A DNA stretch of 63,122 nt, the filler included, from Reticulomyxa filosa (Eukaryota; Protista; Foraminifera), in assembly GCA_000512085.1 (NCBI GenBank). It is 10 parts of 10 records of this genome, joined end to end, with 100 filler letters (N's around TTAATTAATTAA, not from the genome) between each part and the next. Parts side by side here need not be neighbours in the genome. Positions count along the whole stretch, not along the records: positions 28,078 to 46,418 come from ASPP01008975.1; positions 46,519 to 53,881 come from ASPP01020402.1; 8 more parts are not named here. One strand, written 5' to 3'. This document shows positions 37,405 to 50,882 of the stretch, piece after piece (position 1 is the first letter of the stretch; each line of letters starts with the position of its first letter). Below the pieces are notes generated by a model. That model was not told where the DNA came from. It was given only the letters and a program-made list of their open reading frames with translations, and did no database searches. The position numbers and the translations under genes are program-made.

Positions 37405-38626
37405 ATGAATCTCAACGCAAACACTGATACTGTCTCTTTTCATCGAGACAACCATGTAGGGATGAATATTGAAAAAGAGAACACAACACGAGAGTTGGTA
37501 AGTTTTGTAATTTCACTATATCGTGCTATGAAAGCGAAATTATTTCACCGAACGAATAACAAAAATAGTCCGAAAATGAAGTAAAATTAATAATTCAAAG
37601 TTGGATCCGGATTTCAAATATCAAATCAGGGTGGATCCATGATTTTGACAAAATTGTTATTAAATACGTTGAGTCATAGTTTATTTCTGTTCAGTTTGAC
37701 TGGAGATATTTATTTGTATAAGTAATCAATTTTCGACACAGGTCAAATATTTTAAATTATTGAAAATTTTACAAGGGCATGATAAGGGTGTAAACAGTGT
37801 AAGATTTTCATCAGATTGTCGTAAAATTGTCTCGTCATCAGATGATGAAACAATTCGAATCTGGGATATTGTGTCAGGAAAACAAATTCAACATTTTAAA
37901 GGGCATTACCATTGGATCTTTGTTGCAGAATTTTCTCCAGATGGACAAACCATTGTATCATGCTCAATGGACAAAACAATTCGATTGTGGGATGTAACAT
38001 CAGGAAAAGAAATGAGAAAATTAGAAGGGCATAGAAATCAAATATGGGATGTGAATTTTTCTCCAAATGGTGCAAATATTGTGTCCGGTTCATCAGAAAG
38101 AACAATCCGATTTTGGGATGTGGATTCAGGAAAAGAGATGCAAGTACTAGTAGGACATTCAGGTGGTGTAATGAATGTACAGTTTTCTCCAGATGGTCAA
38201 AAACTAGTATCGTCATCTATTGATAATACAATCATCCTATGGAATGTAAAATCTGGTGAAAAACTGAAAGAGTTGGTCGGACATTCCAGTACAGTAATTC
38301 GCGCAAAATTTTCACCAGATGGTCAATTTGTTGTATCATGCTCAAGTGATAAAACAATCCGAATATGGAATATAGAATCAGGAAAAGAAGTGAAAAAATT
38401 AGAAGGACATTCAGGTAGTGTCAATGATGTAAAATATTTTCCAGATAGTCAAACTATTGTGTCATGTTCAGCTGATAAGACAATTCGTTTGTGGGATGTG
38501 AAATCTGGAAATGAAATACAGAAATTAGAAGGGCATTCTGATTGGATGACAGGAATTGATGTTTCACCCGATGGTAATACAATTGGGTCAGGCTCACGGG
38601 ATTGTACAATCCGAATTTGGGGATAA
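37405..38626 (+). CDS. Seven-repeat WD40 protein (FSPDG-type repeats) with the N-terminal W.R/GW..DF exon module; 3 exons
   Basis: Exon 2 37569-37667 SENEVKLIIQSWIRISNIKSGWIHDFDKIVIKY; exon 3 from 37742 with seven GH...FSPDG..IVS.S.D.TIR.W repeats ending IWG*. Confidence 0.9.
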
Positions 38627-39662
38627 TAATACAAGTAAATAGAAAGCTGCTGTAAAAAAAAAAATTCCATTAATTATGCATTCCTTAAAACAAAGTAAAA
38701 GAAGTTATAATTGCAACGATCATTATTTTTTGTTATTACTTTGAGCTATTGCCTTGAAGTCTAGCATATGAAAAATACCGCAACAACCAACCCAAAGTTT
38801 TCCAATGTTCCTTTTTTTAATTGTAACAACAAGCGCATAATTAAGAACGATGCATAGATATTGAAAGTTAAAATTTGTGCAGAAAAACAGTCTATTTTCA
38901 TTTTTCGACTGGATCAAGCAATATCAGGACATATCGATAAAAAATCTTATAGTATTTTTTAATAATTTCTCAACAAAAATTTACACTATAAAATCAATGG
39001 ATCAAAGAACTACAGTAGTGTCAGATATAATAGCAGATTCAAGTGGAATGTAATTCTACAAAACTTGATGTTAACAACGTTCAAATACATTTTATAACTC
39101 TCAATAACGCATTTACCAATGTGACAGTACCAAAGTTGTTGAAATGTAATAATAATGTCAAAATCATTCTTATTGACACACTTTATTCATAAAACTCGAA
39201 ATGCAACACTTGGAGTGTGCCATATGTTGATAATTCTTCCATATTGTGCTACAATATCTATTTATCTTTTAATTAAATTCTACAAGAATTCAGTTGTACG
39301 GCCGATTTTATTTATAATTTTATTTTAAATTATATTTTGACAACTTCTTTATTCATGTTTTAAAATTTTTGTCAAACCCAGATTTTGGAGAATATTGATA
39401 GTCTTAAAGCTTCGTTTTTCATTTAGAAAATTGAAATATTTAAAGCGTCTATTTTGGGAAATATTATAAAATTTGCATCCTTCTCTGAGAAAATATGCCC
39501 ACGCAAGGCTAACAAGAGATAAGGCCTGACAATCAATATAATCAAATACACAAATCAAACAAATCAAACTACAAAAAAAAAAAACAAATCAAATTCAAGT
39601 TCCAAAATCAACATTGCTTGGACTTGAAAGATATCAAATATTTTCCCTGATTTCTTTTCTAC

Positions 39663-41455
39663 CTAAATAAATGAAGCCTTCTCCATTTCTCGTTTAATCA
39701 ATGCAAGGTTTACATTTGCAATGACTGATTGCATCATTCCTGTGTCTAAAGAGCAAGTCAAGTGAAAAAACAGTCCTCTTTTTCGATGCCAAGTTTCAGG
39801 ACAATCTTTGTACCAAATCGCCTCAAATCGAGTCTCGATATACTTTAGGACTTTGTCTTTATCATGTTTTGATGAGTCATCAAATGATTTGTCGTAAATT
39901 GTGAAAGGTACACTTTTTATTTTTTCTTCGAACAGATCCATCTATTCAAATCAAGCAAGCAAACAAAGAAATTCTCTCTTGATTCAAGACAAGACCTTTT
40001 TTCTTCTTCTTCATCCTCAAGAGTGAAACTAAACTTTATTTAAAAACACAAAAAAGTCAGTAGCTTGAAACACAGAATTTTGAGCAATTTGTCGAAAGAC
40101 ATCGAACGTTTCATTATAACAATTGATAGAGCCGTCTTCAAAAGTGTTTTGATCGTATCCGTTCAAGGACATAATATAAATGATCACGTCAATGCCATGA
40201 AACACATTCACCCATTTTTTACGTTCGCTTTTTTGTCCACCAACATCGATTAACCGAAACGTCCATTTTTTATTTTGGATTACTTTTGATATATTACAAG
40301 CAGACACTCCTGTGTACCAAAAGCAAATCCAAATCAAACTGTAATAAAAGTATGTACTTTTTTTTTTTTTTTTGCAAGGGGATTTATTTTTTTTTTCCCC
40401 AAATATACAGTGTCTCCCTTTTTTTTTTTTTTTGTTCCGTCCTCCCTCTTTCTCTTCTCCTCATTCGAATGCATCCCTCTGTATGATAAAACATGTCACG
40501 TGAGTGTAAATGTGACCAGTAGTTTGCTCTCGAATCCTTAAGTAGTCGTCCCATGACGGGGTGTATCGAATGTCCTTTGGGTTGATTTTTGTGGAGCCCT
40601 CGTCTCCATCGAAATATAGCTTTTGAATTTGATCTAAAAAGTATTTCGTGTTGTCCATGATAAACTGGTGTTGGAGACGCTTAAATGTGTTCTGAATACC
40701 ACGACAAGCCCAGATCTTTTCGATTCGTTCTGCCATCGTCTTTCGGATAATCACTTGGTGGAAAAATATCGATTCGTCGCTCGCAATTGAATCCACCCAT
40801 TTACGACATCGCTCATCCTCGATCTCAAAGTCTGCATTTTTGTTGCGCTCTTTTGCATTAAAGCTGCACAATGTTACACTAGTTGTTCCCCCTCGCAATA
40901 GTACACACACATAATTTTTTTTTTTATATACTTTTATATACAATGTATATACATATATATGTATGTAAATTGTTTGACAGTATACGTCACAAAGTTAAAA
41001 AAAGTTTTGTTTTGTTTTTTTATTTGTTTGTTTTGTTTCTCTTGCATGTCGTAGCAGATCATCTTGTGAATCGATTCCAGACATTGAGTCGAATCAAATG
41101 GCTCTTTTGCTTCTCTTTCATTGTCGTTCATATTTATCATCTGTTTTGCTACTGTCGTTTTTCCGCTTCCTTTTTTATGGTTCATTTTTATTGTTTTATT
41201 TTTTGTTTTTTTAATTTTCTTTTTTTTTTTTGAACAATAATCAAAAAAGGAATGACCTCCTGGTCCAAGCATCAATACGTGAATTATGCTTTTTGCAAGT
41301 ATTTTTTCTTCTTGGAATTTGATGTCAATTTCAGAAGACACTTCCTCAGCTTTTTTTTTTTCCTTCTCCTCGTTTTGCTCAGCGGACGTCGCATTTGTCT
41401 CTCTTTCCTCACTCATTAAACTTGAGCGCTTTGAAAACCATCTCAATAATTGCAT
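39663..41455 (-). CDS. Heterotrimeric G-protein alpha subunit, divergent, multi-exon
   Basis: G1 VLMLGPG-GSGKTT (across an intron), G2 LRIREQTTG, G3 DVGGQKSERKKW, G4 FLNK-D, G5 TCSLDT. Confidence 0.92.
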
Positions 41456-42816
41456 TTTTTGTCTGTTGCTATTAAACAACTGGAGAGGGTGGATCTCTCA
41501 ATTTTTTAAATGTAAAACGTGTCCCAACTATTTTGTTCTTGTCCTAGACGTTTTACAGGATTATAAAAGTATTATGACATCCCTATCACAAAAGCGTGTC
41601 ATATAATGTACTATTGTAAATAGAAGCTTTACACGCTGTCATTTCAGAAATTAATAAAGACAATATCTGCTTACTAAGCTATATTTTAAATCCGATAAAT
41701 GATATTTTAGTGCAAACTATAAGTAATGGCACTATTAAATAACAAACTATTGGTGAAAAAATAATTTTAAAAAAAACAAATCCAATACAAAAAAGATGAA
41801 AGTCATATACTAATTTTTAAAAAAATCATAAGTCCGATAAACTGTAAATGCAATGTATACAGATTTATTTAGTAATGTGGGACGTCTGCTGATAGTATTG
41901 GTACACTAACTGTAATACGAGAGATGTTTACTAAGAAGAGAATAGGGGTTTCGTAAAACGAAAGTAATTTAAGTAATAAAACAAGATAACGAAAGAAAAG
42001 TAAAGAAAAGCAAGAAAGTAAGAAGTAGTTTGTTGAGGAAGTTTAACCTACTGGGGATTCCTCAGCTCCCTTGGCGTTCAGGTACTCATAATATGGACTT
42101 GCCCTACAGTGAGAACCAACACTTTTTTTATTTTGTTAATTTTTCTTCTGATTAGCTTCAGATTGGAACAGTTCGATGCTCACTAAAAAACAAGCGTTAA
42201 AATACAATTACGTTATTCAAATAGCAATTTTACTAATTCAACTAGATGATGCTTTTTTTCATTACAATTTTTTAAAAGTTACTTATTACAATTATGATTG
42301 CTGTTTTTAAGTTTGTGATTTGGTGACATTGCGATTGTTTATAGCTGCTGGAGCTTTGCTATTTTTAGCTTTGAAGAAGTGGGCTCAAAATGGAAAGCTA
42401 CAAGGAAAAGCAAACACAAGTCAATTTGAATCACCCAAGTGTAAGCGAACCAAGCACGGATGCGGAGCAAAATTTACGAATAAGAAATTGTCTGTAAGAT
42501 CGACAATTTTGATTGAAGCAATTTCAACAATGTTTGCATGAACATAATCAATAAATGCATTGAAGTCTTTCTCACAAAAAAGTGACATTAAAAAAGATTT
42601 ACAGTAAATTTATTTTTCGTAAAAGTTAAAAACCAAATGTATTAACTTTAATTTGTTATTTGAAAATGTATGATGAAAAGTTTTTCAAAGGTCAAGCACA
42701 AACTATTTTACAAAACAATAAACTGAAAAGACGAACAACTAAAAAATTAGGAGATCCCACCTTATTTTTTGTTGATTGTGGAACTAATTCCTTGGCATTA
42801 TTCCTTATTTGAAATT

Positions 42817-44272
42817 ATGTCTAGTACTAGTTATGCATATCAACAAGGACATGGAAAGTATCCAATTTACTATCGTTCTGTTGCACAGAGGCCCACATCT
42901 CGTACAAGCTCTGCCGTTGAAAGTGGGGTTAATTACGACAGCGAAGTGATCATGGATGAAGAAGCTCTCTACACCAAAACAGTGTATCAAAAAGTTGTAA
43001 CTGATCATTACAACAAAGAGAGCTCTCGTCGTGTATTTTCAACATTTGAGTTTTGTAAAAAGAAAAGTAGAGTGAGGAGCAAGGAAAGAAAAAGAAAATA
43101 GAGGTAGCAATTAGAAAAAAATAATTATTTTGGACTTTAATAAAGTGAATATACGCACAAATAAAAAAAAAGTGAAGAATTAAATGCCAACAAAGATCAG
43201 AAGAAGCAAAAAAATAAATTATGGCGAATAAGCATGGGCGGAATAGTGATGTTGTTGTCAGTATGGGTATGGTGGAACTACGGACAATACTTAACATTCA
43301 AATCTTTACGAACACATCATCAATACATCAATGATTATGTGATGCAACACCCACATACCACTCCCTTACTCTATATTGTGACCGTGATTGTTGTAGTTGG
43401 ATTGACTTTGCCTGGTTAATTTTTTTGTTGTTATTCCTCTTTCTTCTTCTAATAAATGTTTTGTATGCAATTATGTATTATGCACACAAATTTTTTTTTT
43501 ATGTGATAATAATGCACAAATCTTAAAAAAAAAAATGACTGTGTATGCATGTGTGCATGCGTGCACTTGTTTGTAATGGACAAACATTTTACCCAGGGGC
43601 TACCGTGTTAAGCATGGCCGCAGGATTGATATTTAGACAGCCTTGGGCAAGTGTTTACGCGTGGCTCGGTTGTGGCATTGGAGCTTGTATTTGTTATGGC
43701 CTAGTCAAAAGTATTTTCGCTGATTGTCTAAAAAGCAAAGTCTCGAAATATTCAAACTGGTTCCGAAGGTAAAAACTAACAAGCCTTATATATATATACC
43801 TATATGTTTGTGACAATTATTTACATCGTTATTAACCACATAAAAAAGTTTTGAAGAAGGGCTTCGCGCAAATGAGCTATTGTATTTAATTTATGCTCGG
43901 TATATGATAATAATCCCATTCTGGTGTGTGAATGTTGCGGCAGCATTGTTGGAAGTGCGAACTGACTATTTTGTGATATCGACATTGATTGCAACCATTC
44001 CAGGCTCTTTGTTGTACACAACAGCTGGGCGTGGTTTGGCAAATGCATTTGAGCTTTATAGGGACGACATTAGCACATGGACACTGTGGAAACAGGTTTT
44101 ATTTACCAATGAAATCAGGTTTTGTTTACTTTTACTTTTGATTTGTGGACTGTTTCCAATGGGTATTCGATATTACAATAATAAATATCGCAACAACCTT
44201 TCATATACTAATACCATTTCGGGAGGAAAAAAGGAGTTTGACTATTTAATATTTTTGGCCTATTGTTTCTAA
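42817..44272 (+). CDS. TVP38/TMEM64/TMEM41 (DedA/VTT, SNARE-associated Golgi) membrane protein, multi-exon
   Basis: GLTLPG-ATVLSMAAGLIF, GIGACICY, ARYMIIIPFWCVNVAAALL, TLIATIPGSLLYTTAG. Confidence 0.88.
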
Positions 44273-44779
44273 CTTACTAAAATCTGGTTTCTGCTACATT
44301 TTTCCAGCCTTCATTAAATTGTGTTTTAGAGTGCTAAAAATTTATCAATTTATTTAGCTATGGACGAAAATGCTGATAAATTATAATAAATCAAATCTTT
44401 TAACAAACAGTTTCAAAAATTTTAAAAAATGAAAAAGAAATGTTAAATGAGGTTAATTGTTACAAATCTTGTAATAAATCAAAAAATGTTATGCTGAGAT
44501 TTTAATATTGCATCAAATTTCAAAGCTGCGCATTAAATTTGTTTTGCGCTTACTGTTTTACAATTATGACAAAAGTAGATCTACTTTGTAACACATATTT
44601 ATGTTTTCTAATTTCAAAAATGAAATAGTTTAAAATTTTATTATTTTACACTTAGTTATGCAAGGAAAAAGAATCAACAGTTGCATATCATTTCAGGATA
44701 AATGTCAATTATTCAAAATGTTCGTAGATTTTTCGCAGTTTTTCCTATTATTTTCCATCAAACAAAGATGAAATTTAAA

Positions 44780-45908
44780 AAAAAAAGAGATGAACATTCC
44801 AGTTTGATTCTTGGTTTTCATGTCCGCAGTTACTTTTTTTTTAAGCATTTGGTGACATTCAATCATTGACTCAATTCACCAAATAAAGCATTCATGTTTC
44901 CATCTTTTGGTTGCTCTTTTTGTTCTTCCGCGCCGCTCAAATCTCCTCCCTTTTTTTTTTAAAAAAAGGGGGATAATTTTTTTTTTTTTTCAAAAAAATG
45001 AAATAAAATTTCAAAATATCAAAACTTTAGGATTCCATGTTAATCCCGTTTAAAAGTGCTCCTTAATGAATTCGATTTGTGCCTTACAAATTTTTTTCAA
45101 GGCTTGCACAAATGCCTTTGTCTTGTCGTCCTTGACTTCCTTCAACACGCGATTCAAGTTGAAGTCGCACGCTTGCGTCTGCTGGTCACAATGACCCAAA
45201 GGAGACTCACTTGGAGGAGTTATCACCACCCATTGTGTTAAGGTGAGCACTTCGTAGCACGCCTTATAATGGTCACCCCCACTTTATTTATTTTTATTTT
45301 TATTTAAAAAATTTATTTATGAAATTGGAAATATCGGGAAAATTTAACTTTTTTGAGGTCCTTACCACGATAACGAGCGTTATCTGCTTTGGCAATTGCA
45401 TCACTTGCGCGACCTAAAAATGCAACGAGATCTTTCTATTTTTTTGTTATTTCGTTTGTAGTTTGTATACGAATTTTTTTATGTTCTTCTTCTCCCCTTC
45501 CCTCCCTTTCTTCAAAATAAACAAATACATAAAAAAATAAAGATTGAACTTGCTCTGGCTTTTTTGCATTGGGGAGTTTTTGGACGAGTTCCAAAACGTT
45601 GTCAAATCCTTGCTTGATAAGCGCATCCATGTCAAGAACTCCTATAAATCATCGCAAGCTTTTGCTGCTGCTGCTGCAACATCCGTTTGCACAAATTTCG
45701 TGTATTCGGACACATAAGGAGGTGTGCCACTTGCCTCATCGTCTCCTCCACCACCACCGCCTAATTTACGCGTGGCGTTTTCAAGTCTTGTCACAGCCTA
45801 GGTTTTTTTTTGTTAATTCTTAATATTATTAGCTTGGGTGAATGACACACCAAAGCAAACACAAATCTATTTAACTGCTTCCAATCGAGATACAAGTGCT
45901 TTGGTCAT
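44780..45908 (-). pseudogene. CAP: Cyclase-associated protein (CAP/Srv2) N-terminal half, disrupted and truncated after the WH2 region
   Basis: MTKALVSRLE-AVTRLE motifs; helical domain ending EHF*TGLTWNPK (TAA at 45050-45052); WH2-like NALFGELSQ*LNVTKCLKK/VTADMKTKN with TGA at 44863-44865 and an A-run frameshift. No CARP domain seen downstream. Confidence 0.75.
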
Positions 45909-46418
45909 ATCTAATCTAAATGAATTTTTGATCTAGAACAAAAGACTAGCAACAAACATTTACACAATTTAATTTGCTGTTGGGAGTGTAAAATCTGAAT
46001 TCTTTTTCATTTTAGTTATTTGGCCAACAATAAAGCAAAATTAAGCAAAATTAAGCGAAGAAACGCATTGTTGTGCAAGCACGACTTATTTTTAAAAATA
46101 AGTTTATTGTCAAATAAGATTTGTTCTTTTCTCAAAGAACTGATTATAGAATTTTCCTATTCTTCGTGATGATCACGAATCCGATTTTGGAAAACATGAC
46201 GATAGTGAAGAATTTTTTTGGCTTTCTTGGCGATTGACTAATTTTTTTTTCTAAAATCTAATTATTATTTGACATTTCGTTTGTTGCTTTGTTATTGTGT
46301 GCTTGGATGTTATTATTAAAAACTCTTTATTTTTTTGTTGTTTCTATTAATAACGAGTACTCTTTTCTTAGAAGACGAAAGAAGATGATAATTGAATCTT
46401 CAGACAAAAAGTAATTGA

Positions 46419-46518
46419 NNNNNNNNNNNNNNNNNNNNNNNNNNNNNNNNNNNNNNNNNNNNTTAATTAATTAANNNNNNNNNNNNNNNNNNNNNNNNNN
46501 NNNNNNNNNNNNNNNNNN
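46419..46518. other. Artificial contig linker
   Basis: N44-TTAATTAATTAA-N44. Confidence 0.98.
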
Positions 46519-46555
<37 letters not shown>

Positions 46556-47504
46556 CGAATTTAATAAATTAGGGGAATTATGGATGCTACCTTTTCTTGA
46601 GTTGACAACCATACACAATAGCAAAGATTCACTTGTGAAAATGCATCCAGACTTTAACCCTCTTTGCAAAGTGTCTTTATTGAATACTTTGGTATTGCAC
46701 ATGCTTTGTGACTCATCCTCGGATCTAAGTAAAGGTATACGTTTGTCGCAGTTCCAGACTCGCTTTGTTCAAACGTATGGTCAATACTTCCCTTCCCATC
46801 GAAACTTGACTCGGGCTTTGCAAAACTTGGCTGCGGTCACGTGCGACGCAAACCTTTCATTGACCACCGAGCCGTGGATTGTCCCACGGTCTGATGCTCC
46901 CTATCGCTTGCATTTGAAAGACACAGCCGACAATCTTTGCACCATTTTGCAAGACTGTCTGTGCGTGACATTGGCTACAATTCGTCAACGCTATGAAGCA
47001 AAGTACCACAAACCCTTGCTATTGTCCTTTTCCGCCTTGCGACATGTGTTGCAATTGCATCATTTCCATATGCACTTGCAGCCGCCTTTGGATATCGTCA
47101 TCACCACTACTAGCACACACCTGAATCCTGTGCAATTGGGCTGCTTCCGCGATATGGTCAAGCGATTGACCCAAGCCTTGCAACGCATAAACAAGTCCAT
47201 ATTTGACAATGATCTTGTTCGACAAATGTCGATGACCGACAAAGAAAGAGAGCTATTCACCATCCGTGATAACCCCCATTTCCTTGTCCATTTACTGTTA
47301 CAATATTATCCTAATCGCTTTCACATCCTTCACAATGACGGCCATTACTCTTTACACTTACGCCAATCCTTTTTATCCATCACGTCTGACAAAGACAAAT
47401 TGAAAATCCTGGCAGATAAGCAATATCAATGTTTCGATGCAGTTCTATATCAAATTGTTAAACAACTTAATGTCCAAGAAACCAATGATAATAACAACAA
47501 CAAC

Positions 47505-47542
<38 letters not shown>

Positions 47543-49230
47543 TACATTAAGATTAAGCCATTTTCAAAATGACATCGACAAGCAATTGAGAAAATATAGC
47601 TCCGAAGATGTGCACTTTGCGTTTGATTATGCATTGTTGCTTCGATCACTTCCGGCTCATTTCGAGCCTTTCTTTTCGGTGCGTTTTGCGCGCAATGGTA
47701 TCCCGACTTGCTAGTCCAAATGCGTCACGTGCGGTCCTTTCAACAGAAATGCGAAGCGGGTGTGTTTCTTTTGAACAGCAAGGCCAAATGGGTGCGCGAC
47801 TGCATATTGGCGCAGCTTCACTCCACAAGTCAACGCCAAATGCCGGTGGAAGAGCTCCATCGTCGTATCCTCGCTACGTGGCAAGAGGTCCACTCCGTAT
47901 CTGTCTCTGCCTTGTTAACCGTCATTGCCGAAATTTGTTCTTTGGACTTGCAATTATCTCGTTCTGAAAATCAATGGATGGTAACATTTTGGAGTGATCT
48001 ATTTTCCGAGCCAACTCAATCTCAATCTCAATCTCAATCTCAATCACAATCACAATCAGAGATGCAAATCCAATATCGTACAATTGAACAAGCGTTGATC
48101 GGAATGTGGCTCCAACAAGTCAACATGCCATTGCATCAATTTCAACAAAAGCTGTGGGGCAATTATGGCCATGTTCTTATTGCTCCCAATATAAGGAAAG
48201 CATTGATTGCAACTGGGATATTTGTATCGAATGGTCGATTCCAAGTCGATGACAACAACAACTGGTCTTGTCCGGTCGTCTCCACAGTCGAATGGATATC
48301 TCCATTACGACAACACATATTGCGAGCGCTCGCCACACATGCTGCCGCGGACATGCCTATCCAAGTACTTTTCGACAGGGTCGGGCGATTGCACCAAAGG
48401 AATGGAGTGGCTCCGCCAGACGACCATATCATATTGCATACGCTTTGCAATGAATTGTGGTATCATGTATTCATTCATCGTGACGATGATATCAATCATG
48501 GAAATGTTGACAAGATTCGATTGAGAAATATCGATACAAAGATCATTGATACTGTTTCGTTTTACTTTTATTTATTTATTTTTATTTGTAAATGTAGCAT
48601 GCACGTAGTGTGCATGTGTGTGTTGTTCATTCACAAATAAACAATACGTAATGATTAGAACGTTGGCAAAAAGCGTTTGTTAGAACTGGAAATGGACTTG
48701 AAAAAGGGCGACAATCGAGTCCTTCGATTGTCTCAGTTGTCTCGTTATCAGTTGTGTCCAATCGAAAATGAGGAGTTGACCCTGACATTGTACAAGTATT
48801 TGACGAAGCATGGGTTTGCGGTGTTATTGTTACAGGAGGGTGATGGTTTGGTTGGCTTGCAAAATGCAATGCTACGAAGAGCTTTGATCCGAATGGCCTT
48901 ACAGAGAACAGAAACATTGACGTCGTTGAAAGAGTTGGATGATATTATTTGGAAGCAATTCATTCATCCGATATATTCACATGTGCCCAATAATGAGGAC
49001 GCAAGTGATGCTAAAATTATGAATTGGTCAGACTCGAAACACTTCAATAGCAATTTGACATTTCCACCAGTGGAATACGATGAAATCCAAAATTGGTGTT
49101 TGGATTTGGTCAAGCACGTGTCCAACGATGGAATAATAAGAAGGTAATGTGTATTGTTATCAAAAAAGACCTTTCTTGTCAATCGCTGTGAAGATTCAAT
49201 TTTTAGTAATTGCGAACGGCTCTTACTTTA
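46519..49230 (+). CDS. Large protein with repeated winged-helix (OST-HTH/LOTUS-like) units; 5' truncated; one frameshift near 47703
   Basis: ORFs 46584-47714 and 47708-48640 join if one C is added in GGTATCCCGAC; another exon lies near 48660-49143. Units such as GIRLSQFQTRFVQTYGQ, VTLATIRQRYEAKYHKPL and MPLHQFQQKLWGNYGH. Confidence 0.55.
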
Positions 49231-49603
49231 ATAAAGACAAATATAATAGCAATTTTTTTTTTTTGCTCCAAATGGTTTAATAATCTTTTTTTTTTTACAA
49301 AAAAAAATTGAATTTATCATTAATTTATTGCAAAATTGCCTGACATGGAAAAAAGTAACACGCTCTGGTCCTTAAGTTGTTCATTTGTACAAGGAAAAAC
49401 GTCTCAAATATTGCAACAATTTTTGCAATAGTGTCCTGTGTCTTAACTTCCTTCTTCCAATTTATGCTTGGATGAAACGTGTTGATTAGAGGAAAGAAGA
49501 CAAAATTAACTATGATGTACGAAAAAAGTTAGTCACCAAAAACTCTACACAATTTTTTTATGAACAATTATTTTTGAAAGAAGAAAGTTAATGGCTGAGT
49601 ATC

Positions 49604-50882
49604 TCAAGTTAAAATTCGGAACCACATAGGGACTGTATACTTATATTGAGATGAAAGTATCTCACTCATAGCCTGGCTACGATCGTCTAGAACTTTCCAT
49701 GCTTTTTTGTCTCTCGGATCCAAGACTTCCACAATTCCAGATTGCGTTGTATTTGAGATATTTCTTTTCGTAAAAAAACTTGTGATTGTAAGTAAATGTG
49801 TTTGAGGATTGACAAAAACATTGGCACATCGAATAGTTTGCGAGTGGCAAAAATTTGTGTTTGGTAATTTGAGCCATTTCATTTTGACAAAATCAAATTC
49901 ACTCGTTTCCTTGGAATTAGTGCCATTAATAACAATAATATTGCCAAAATTTTTTTGATTCCATTGGCATATATTAGAACAATAACCATGTTGAGTGCGA
50001 TTGGGCTCCAGCTTTGTCCATTTTCGATTGGTAAAATCAAACAGTGCCGTTTGACCCTTGTCTACAGCGTGGCTAAATAAAAAGCATTTGTCACGGCTAC
50101 CAAGTTCACAAATTGTGGCATTAGATAAATTCCCAGGCTATGCAATGATGATATACATATTATATATGTATTGTATATAAACATGTGCAAGCATGTACAA
50201 ACACAGAAAAGAGAAAACTTTTATTGCACACATGACGCCAATAGTTACAATCTGGGAGTTTCACCCACGAATTTGTAACATTTTTAGTTGCAGTTAATTG
50301 GAGCTGCGCACATCGAGTGAAATTATCTAGAGCCAGACATAGGACTCCAATATTTTTGTGATACAAGATTTTTTCTTTAGAAAATATGAAGTCACATGGC
50401 GGCAGAGACCACAACAACGCCTCATCTTTTAGCAATAAGGCTCCGATACTTCCATTAACGTTTGTGCTTACTTGCAACAGTACTGGATATCGTCTTTTAT
50501 TATTTGGAATTATCAATTCGTGATCGAATCCTAAACATTTTAGGTTTTCCTTTGTCAGCTCGTCAATAAATAATAAATCCAGACATGGAGCTTCTTTTTG
50601 TAGAAAATTCCGAGAATTTGCTATTTGCTTAAAATCTAACCACTTTACGGCTTTTTTTTCCTTTACATTAAACAATACTATACTATCAAATATATACTCA
50701 CATCCATTTGAAAATACGCCTACTTTGTACTGCTCTTCCAACAAGTTTTTGTAACAGTACTTAAAAATTATCCACTGGATCGCTTCCACCCCTCCGAGAT
50801 GTTTTAATGAAAATTGAGTACGAACCCAGTACTCTAAAATATACTTAATTTCATGTTTATTTATTTCATATATCTCGGTCAT
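49604..50882 (-). CDS. Kelch-like beta-propeller protein with a divergent copy of the N-terminal W.R module; 2 exons
   Basis: N-terminus EIKYILEYWVRTQFSLKHLGGVEAIQWIIFKY; blade-like segments NSWVKLPD, FDFTNRKWTKLEP, FDFVKMKWLKLPNT, VEVLDPRDKKAW. Confidence 0.65.

Noticed and set aside
39349-39567. F-box-like peptide (CVFDYIDCQALSLVSLAW) as a C-terminal extension of the G-alpha
   Set aside because: G-alpha ends at a TAG in the normal position, and the visible donor and acceptor phases do not join the frames; probably UTR or chance.
44863-45052. In-frame TAA/TGA as evidence of a reassigned genetic code
   Set aside because: Other genes end normally at TAA, TAG and TGA and have long stop-free exons; these stops co-occur with a frameshift and truncation.
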